DNA of 64,000 nt from a virus (lineage: Duplodnaviria > Heunggongvirae > Uroviricota > Caudoviricetes), in IMG/VR virus record IMGVR_UViG_3300045988_141797; one strand, 5' to 3'. Below are positions 59,116-64,000 of this stretch, in pieces. Each line of letters begins with the position of its first letter. Position 1 is the first letter of the stretch. Made by a program: the position numbers and the translations under genes. The notes beneath the pieces were generated by a model that was given only the letters and a program-made list of their open reading frames with translations, did no database searches and was not told the DNA's origin.

Positions 59116-60479
59116 TAGTCATCCTCCGGCTGGTCTATCGCAATCTCGTCATCTACAGCATCAAAACCGGTATCCCCCGCGTCATAATCACCGTAGATAT
59201 CAGCCGTGGCGGAAGGGTCTATATTCAGGTCTTCATCATTGGCCTCAAATTCACCGGCTTTACGTTCTCCGTTCCGGTCGTAATCCCCCATCCCAAGCCT
59301 ATCAACGATTTTCGCTACTTCAGCCCGGCGTTGTGCAAGCCATTGTGGGAGTCCAGCTTGTTGCTCGGCAAACTGTTTCGCCTCTTTATCCAGTTGCTCA
59401 TCATCAACATCGTTAACGTCAGAAACCGGAGGCTCCAGAAGTGAGATCGCTTTTGCCGCTCGTGCCGCCAGGATAGCCGGGACACTGACGCCCTGCCGCT
59501 CGATATATTCAGCAACACCTATATCATCCAGCTCCTCGCGCTCACGCATACGTATAGCGGCGGCGATAACCCTGGCGGCGCGTGCGTCAGCGCCAATGCG
59601 ATACTCAATCTCCTTGCCACGCTGCTCGGCTTGTAGGCGGGCAATCGCCAGTTTTTCTCTGGCCTCAGCCTCCCTGAATGCCTGCTGACGCGCGCCCTGC
59701 GCAAGTTTTTCATCCCCCTGGCGTAGCTTCTGCTCGTTCTGATAGATGGCTGCCAGCCTGGTGATAAAGTCATTCATGTAGTAGGCCGCATCGCTGATCA
59801 GTCCGAGAAGACGCTGCCCTGGGTGCATCCCCTCTGGCTGTGTATCACCGAGGGCGTCAATCTCTTCCTGTAGTCGCTCCGCTTCCTGGTCAACGATAGC
59901 CTGATACTGAATTGCTCGTTCCTGCGCCATCTGTATCGCAAGTCGTAAATGTTCAGTCGCGCCGTTCTTCATCATCTCACGGGCGACGTTGGTGGCAGGC
60001 AAAGTGGTGCTTTGAGCTGATGAATCAGGGATCATTTGCAATGATCCCTTGTTTCGTTGGGCTTTATCGCTGCTTTTAGGGATCATTTCTCCCATTTCAT
60101 CACAAAATGATCCCTTCACATCCTTGTGTATCTTGTTGTTATTACTTGGCTTTTCTTTGTGATCCGCATTTTGTTTTTGCGGCATGGCGCGGAACCGTCC
60201 ACCAGCCAACGATTTGTCAGTTTTTGTAAATTCTGTGCTTTTATTAGCCTTTTTTTGCTCTTTTTTTGAGCCGGTGGCGCTGCTTTTTGCGCGCTGTTTT
60301 GTACTTTTCCCGGTAGCCTTAGCTTTCGCCTTAACCTCATTTTTTTTCATATTGAGATGCTTTCTGGCGGTGTTAAAGCTGAGGTCATGCTGCTCGCAAT
60401 ATTCTTTTATGGTGATCCCGGTTGCTTCTCTTAACTCCAGGAACTTAGCTCGATGCGCTTCCCAGTTAATTAACGTCAT
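59115..60479 (-). CDS. terminase small subunit (PacA-like), contains pac-like site
   Basis: N-terminal HTH, overlap-coupled to large terminase; GATC heptamer cluster within N-terminal coding region. Confidence 0.55.
   Translation of the reverse strand: MTLINWEAHRAKFLELREATGITIKEYCEQHDLSFNTARKHLNMKKNEVKAKAKATGKSTKQRAKSSATGSKKEQKKANKSTEFTKTDKSLAGGRFRAMPQKQNADHKEKPSNNNKIHKDVKGSFCDEMGEMIPKSSDKAQRNKGSLQMIPDSSAQSTTLPATNVAREMMKNGATEHLRLAIQMAQERAIQYQAIVDQEAERLQEEIDALGDTQPEGMHPGQRLLGLISDAAYYMNDFITRLAAIYQNEQKLRQGDEKLAQGARQQAFREAEAREKLAIARLQAEQRGKEIEYRIGADARAARVIAAAIRMREREELDDIGVAEYIERQGVSVPAILAARAAKAISLLEPPVSDVNDVDDEQLDKEAKQFAEQQAGLPQWLAQRRAEVAKIVDRLGMGDYDRNGERKAGEFEANDEDLNIDPSATADIYGDYDAGDTGFDAVDDEIAIDQPEDD
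60028..60167. repeat. pac-like cluster of GATC-containing heptamers
   Basis: GGGATCA 60028, TGATCCC 60042, GGGATCA 60079, TGATCCC 60108, TGATCCG 60161; five Dam sites in about 140 bp. Confidence 0.55.
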
Positions 60480-60868
60480 AGGGAAGCCTCACGTTTTTTC
60501 ACAGCGGCGTTCCATAGCTGGTTAGTCATCGCCACCAACTGACGCTGCTCCTTTCGTAATTGAGCTTCTATCTTTCGGTTGGTGTTTTTCACCAACAGCC
60601 GACCGAATTCAGGAGTGCGCCCGCGCACCTTGAACTGGTATCCATTCAGGCCATGTAACCAATATTTCCGGGGGTATACGCGGTCGTCTATTTCGCAAAT
60701 GGCACGACTGGAACGAACAAAAAAACGTATGATGTTATTTACGTTTACGCGCGACACATGAAGGTGAGGATATTGTGCTTTTGCACGGCTGGTGATTTCG
60801 GTGACCGTCAGATAGCAGTTAGCCCTGATCATGATATCCGCTATTTCGGCGCTACTGATTTGCTCCAT
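60476..60868 (-). CDS. hypothetical protein, candidate late activator by position
   Basis: 130 aa, first gene of the operator-controlled terminase operon. Confidence 0.3.
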   Translation of the reverse strand: MEQISSAEIADIMIRANCYLTVTEITSRAKAQYPHLHVSRVNVNNIIRFFVRSSRAICEIDDRVYPRKYWLHGLNGYQFKVRGRTPEFGRLLVKNTNRKIEAQLRKEQRQLVAMTNQLWNAAVKKREASL

Positions 60869-60944
60869 TTATCCCCCGGATAGAAAAAGACCGAGGGGAT
60901 GATAATCAGCTTGTTAATACTGAGAAGACTGTCAAAAACATGAT

Positions 60945-60976
60945 CTATTAGAAAATTAATATCAATTTGCTAACAC
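60945..60976. promoter_or_regulatory. operator site
   Basis: CTATTAGAAAATTAATATCAATTTGCTAACAC. Confidence 0.5.
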
Positions 60977-61359
60977 TACCAGCGGGATAAACGAACAACA
61001 TGCTTAACTTTTGCCTCCCACTTCCCTTTATGTTTGTTGATCACCGCCTGCGCCATCTTCAGACTGGCTTCAAAATCGGCTTTTCGACCACTATTGCCCA
61101 CCAGCAACGCTCCGTCTATTTCAGGTAAGCATAAGTAATCCTGCTCGACGGTAAGCGGCATTGATGATGTAACCTGGCAGGCTTTCCATCTGAAGCGTAT
61201 GCGCACACTCCTGACTGACATCACGACATAACCTGATATTGTGCTCTTGTGTCCGGCGTCTGTGCGTGTAGCCTTGCATGATGTTATCTTGCAGGTGATG
61301 ATATCCCAACCAATGTGCATCGCATCCTCAATGCGTAATTTAGTAGCCTCGTACATCAA
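60976..61359 (-). CDS. hypothetical protein
   Basis: 127-aa ORF. Confidence 0.3.
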   Translation of the reverse strand: MMYEATKLRIEDAMHIGWDIITCKITSCKATRTDAGHKSTISGYVVMSVRSVRIRFRWKACQVTSSMPLTVEQDYLCLPEIDGALLVGNSGRKADFEASLKMAQAVINKHKGKWEAKVKHVVRLSRW

Positions 61360-61931
61360 AAAACCTCCCAGTCAGTAGCGATAATATCAACACCAGTTGC
61401 AAACCAGTCTGTCTGTGCCTGTAAATCCCCATTCATCATTACCAGGCGAGGCATAACCATCACATCACAACCTTCAACAATATCGAATGCCTCTTCCGGC
61501 AGGAATTCGACGAGCTTTTCTTTGCTGCCAACACTGCCACGGAGCATCGATATATAGCTCCCTTTAGGCCATGATGTTCGCCGGGCATCAAGCCCCTTCA
61601 TCATCCAGTAAAAGGCCGATGAGAACGGGATGTTCTTTTTGGCGATGAGCACGTTATTCGCTTCTGTGTACTTCAGGAACTTAACTAACCTTACCATCGA
61701 CTCGGATAACGCAATGTACGGCTCATGATTGATTGCTGACACACTTACGCCGTGCAGTCCAACACTTACCACTGTCATATCACCGTTCTGTGCGGTTTCG
61801 ATGTTGACGCCTTTACGAACTAACGCTGCATAAAGCTCCTCGCGCTTTTGCGTCCAGCATTCTCGTCGCCCTATAAAGTCACTCAAAACGAGATCATCTT
61901 CTAAATACGCGTTATCGTTCGCCGTTAACAT
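61356..61931 (-). CDS. second DUF2829 (Tad2-like) domain protein
   Basis: C-terminal half FSSAFYWMMKGLDARRTSWPKG...DLQAQTDWFATGVDIIATDWEVF parallels the DUF2829 block of the 53066 ORF. Confidence 0.4.
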   Translation of the reverse strand: MLTANDNAYLEDDLVLSDFIGRRECWTQKREELYAALVRKGVNIETAQNGDMTVVSVGLHGVSVSAINHEPYIALSESMVRLVKFLKYTEANNVLIAKKNIPFSSAFYWMMKGLDARRTSWPKGSYISMLRGSVGSKEKLVEFLPEEAFDIVEGCDVMVMPRLVMMNGDLQAQTDWFATGVDIIATDWEVF

Positions 61932-62383
61932 AACGTCTCCTTTTTTACACGCGCGACTATCCCCCGGCTGAACCGGTAGTGACGTCGTAACTTCGTATTA
62001 ATTAAGGGTTACAGCCTGAGCGGCTATATGATGAATTGAAAGGAGTTGTGGCGGTGGTGCCTCCACCTGCCAGGTTAGCCACGCCCGGCGACGACACTTA
62101 TCAGAACGTAGTGAATGAAAATGGCTTCGTCACGAGCGCATAGCCGCAATTACCACAACGGAAACGGCGCTCACGCTAATTAAACGCCTTTTCCTGTTGT
62201 ACGCCGTGCTCTTCCGGCTGTCACACCGAATCGCCAGGATGGTGAATCCGCAGTCCGACGCTATGAACGGGGCTTGCACATTCCGGCTACCTGGTGTGCC
62301 CATGCAGTGTTAGTAAAAGGTACCTAACAGCTACACCAGACCGCTAACGACGCATGTGCCATACGCCGTGTTACAACCAAATG

Positions 62384-62459
62384 TGGTGGCCCCTACCGGA
62401 CTTGAACCGGTGACCGTGCGATTATGAGTCGCCCGCTCTAACCACTGAGCTAAAGGGCC
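62384..62459 (-). tRNA. tRNA-Ile2-like (anticodon CAU)
   Basis: cloverleaf with CCA encoded; anticodon arm GGCGA-CTCATAA-TCGCA; close to E. coli ileX from memory; could formally be elongator Met. Confidence 0.8.
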
Positions 62460-62469
62460 AGATTACTGT

Positions 62470-62598
62470 TAATTACGCTTACGCTTTTTGCCAGAACCGC
62501 GTAAGGCTTTTGCCGCTTGCTCTACCCCGTATGCAACCACCAGCAGAAACAATAATGTCCACTCCGGGTTTTTATCGGCAAACGCCCAAAAATCCATC
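62470..62598 (-). CDS. candidate 42-aa membrane peptide
   Basis: manual translation MDFWAFADKNPEWTLLFLLVVAYGVEQAAKALRGSGKKRKRN with AAGGTGG RBS; below ORF-track cutoff. Confidence 0.25.
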
Positions 62599-62888
62599 AC
62601 TTGCAGCCACCTTTTAAGACAAAACGCCATTGCTGTTAGGTTGCGGTGCCGGGTGCCTCCCGGTGACGTTAACCAGTTAACAATTAACGCCGGATCACTT
62701 ATGGATTCTCGTTACGCCAGTAAAAAGACCACCTTTACTGTTTTAACTGTTCCGCGTGCGCTTAGCCGCATTCACCGCAATGGTAAGAGCATTTGGCTGA
62801 CTGGGCGGCGATGACGCCTGTACGCATTTGGTGATCCGGTTCTGCTTCCGGCATTCGCTTAATTAGCCAAATACTCTTAACGTTGCGC

Positions 62889-62975
62889 TGGCGGAGAGTA
62901 ATGGAATCGAACCATCATCGCTTGCGCAATGGGACGGTTTTCAAGACCGCTTGAGCACCATGCTCCCTACTCTCC
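62889..62975 (-). tRNA. tRNA-Ser (anticodon UGA), type II
   Basis: anticodon arm GCGGT-CTTGAAA-ACCGT, long variable arm, T-loop TTCGATT, discriminator G, CCA encoded; short D-loop. Confidence 0.65.
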
Positions 62976-63081
62976 AGTGATTGTGATGGTCGGTGCTGAA
63001 CTCCGACACAGGGTTGTAGCAAGCCCCGCAAAGCGCGCACTACTGTAGTTGCGGCACATCAGCCTGTGCATTCATCACAAC

Positions 63082-63155
63082 GGTAAGGGTACTTCGTAGG
63101 GATTCGAACCCTCTGCCAAGCTCGGCGATCTCCGACGTCGCAAAATACCCTTACC
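63082..63155 (-). ncRNA. non-canonical tRNA-like element
   Basis: perfect 10-bp terminal helix GGTAAGGGTA/TACCCTTACC extendable to about 15 bp, canonical T-arm AGGG-TTCGAAT-CCCT, no standard D or anticodon arm, no encoded CCA. Confidence 0.35.
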
Positions 63156-63163
63156 TGTTGTGT

Positions 63164-63239
63164 TGGTGCCGGTTAACGGACTCGAACCGCTGACATCCTG
63201 CTTACAAGGCAGGCGCTCTACCAACTGAGCTAAACCGGC
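63164..63239 (-). tRNA. tRNA-Thr (anticodon UGU)
   Basis: GCCGGTT acceptor, anticodon arm CCTGC-CTTGTAA-GCAGG, T-loop TTCGAGT, CCA encoded. Confidence 0.85.
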
Positions 63240-63243
63240 AATT

Positions 63244-63330
63244 TGGTGGGGAGTGATGGAGTCGAACCATCCGAGTCGCAATGACAGTAGATTTACAGTC
63301 TACCCCGCTACCCCTACGGACTAACTCCCC
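63244..63330 (-). tRNA. tRNA-Tyr (anticodon GUA), type II
   Basis: anticodon arm GTAGA-CTGTAAA-TCTAC, long variable arm, T-loop TTCGACT, CCA encoded. Confidence 0.75.
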
Positions 63331-63335
63331 TAAAT

Positions 63336-63412
63336 TGGCGATGGTGGGTGGATTCGAACCACCGACCGACAGCTTAGAAGGCTGCTGCTCTATCCTACTG
63401 AGCTACACCATC
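63336..63412 (-). tRNA. tRNA-Arg (anticodon UCU)
   Basis: GATGGTG acceptor, anticodon arm GCAGC-CTTCTAA-GCTGT, T-loop TTCGAAT, CCA encoded. Confidence 0.8.
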
Positions 63413-63875
63413 ACTTGCCGGGTACGTCTCCGGCGAGGGCTTCCACCTCCGTATGCTTTTCGGCGCACCGCGCCCTGGCTGCAATTCGGTAACAGGGGAT
63501 GCATAACCCTGGCTTCCAGCGTGATTAGCGCCTTCAGCATGACGGGATATACCCGTTACAAGACATTATCCCAGAAAGCCATTAACCAATGGCTGTTACG
63601 CGGGAGGGACGTAACAGGTAAGGGCGCTGACCAGAAAGACCTGACCCTTCTCATTCATCTGGTTAATCACACCAGCGCCCTTGCCTGTTATGCCTCCCCG
63701 TTCCCTAATACACAGACGGGGACACTCTGCGGTCGATTTTTTGACGGGGGACGACTCATACCCCGTGGCGTCAGGCTTCTTAGGCCGCTACCATCATCAG
63801 ATCATCGTTTGCATTTACTTTAATGGTCGGGTTCTAAACCGCCGCAAAGTCGCTAACCATGACGAAAACACTGAA

Positions 63876-63900
63876 AAAACACCCACCCGAAGGTGGGCAA
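63876..63900 (-). terminator. intrinsic terminator (minus strand)
   Basis: hairpin GCCCACC-TTCG-GGTGGG followed by T-run on minus strand. Confidence 0.5.
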
Positions 63901-64000
63901 ATATCCCACTCGCGGTATTGCCACTTAGGCGTATGGTCAACCTGGCAACTCGGTGTCCTCAACGGGGAAGGAATAACCCCGCCATACTTACCGCCGCGCC

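Noticed and set aside
61988-61998. 11-bp match to the loxP arm (TAACTTCGTAT)
   Set aside because: Only a single arm; no inverted partner at 8-bp spacing, so it is not a functional lox site by itself (possibly a relic or pseudo-site).
62384-63412. tRNA cluster as a chromosomal integration junction (att site at a tRNA gene)
   Set aside because: tRNAs are tightly packed, all carry encoded CCA, share the orientation of neighbouring phage genes and are flanked on both sides by phage-type genes; this fits a phage-encoded tRNA array, not a host tRNA at a prophage end. The truncated tRNA-like element is kept as a finding.
63075-63823. ORFs 63075-63281 (minus) and 63281-63823 (plus) overlapping the tRNA array
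   Set aside because: They run through or antisense to well-formed tRNA genes and hairpin-dense non-coding sequence; no RBS.

Overview
This 64 kb window reads as a segment of a P1-like temperate phage-plasmid (plasmid prophage) from an enterobacterial host; no database search was possible, so all calls rest on motifs I recognise by eye. Left to right: a long mosaic side tail fibre gene (minus strand, running off the left edge) with 120-bp periodic repeats; a baseplate and tape-measure/injection module; an iteron replicon (DnaA box, 5 iterons, repA, second iteron set); tail tube, sheath and a putative head protein; spanins and a PAAR-like gene; two adjacent partition systems (ParMR and a small ParA with an RHH partner); an rdgC, C5-methyltransferase, Dam operon; a second spike/hub module; higBA plus an orphan HigA-like gene; an immunity-I-like module (small ORF, terminator, structured leader RNA, icd-like ORF coupled to a Rha-family antirepressor); a Ref-like HNH nuclease; a plus-strand array of small accessory genes (Ea22-like paralogs, lambda-type Ser/Thr phosphatase, free ClpX-type zinc finger, DUF4406); humD-like and phd/doc; an operon with dUTPase, a DUF2829 (Tad2-like) fusion and a degenerate terminase-ATPase paralog; a Cre-like recombinase with a perfect 34-bp lox-like site; small and large terminase with a pac-like GATC cluster; and five phage-encoded tRNAs. 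The most interesting candidates are the catalytically degenerate terminase paralog and the two DUF2829-domain proteins (possible anti-defence functions), the immunity-I-like RNA module, and a palindromic operator family (half-site GTTAGAAAAT) placed in front of at least eight operons. Structural-protein assignments are the least certain calls.
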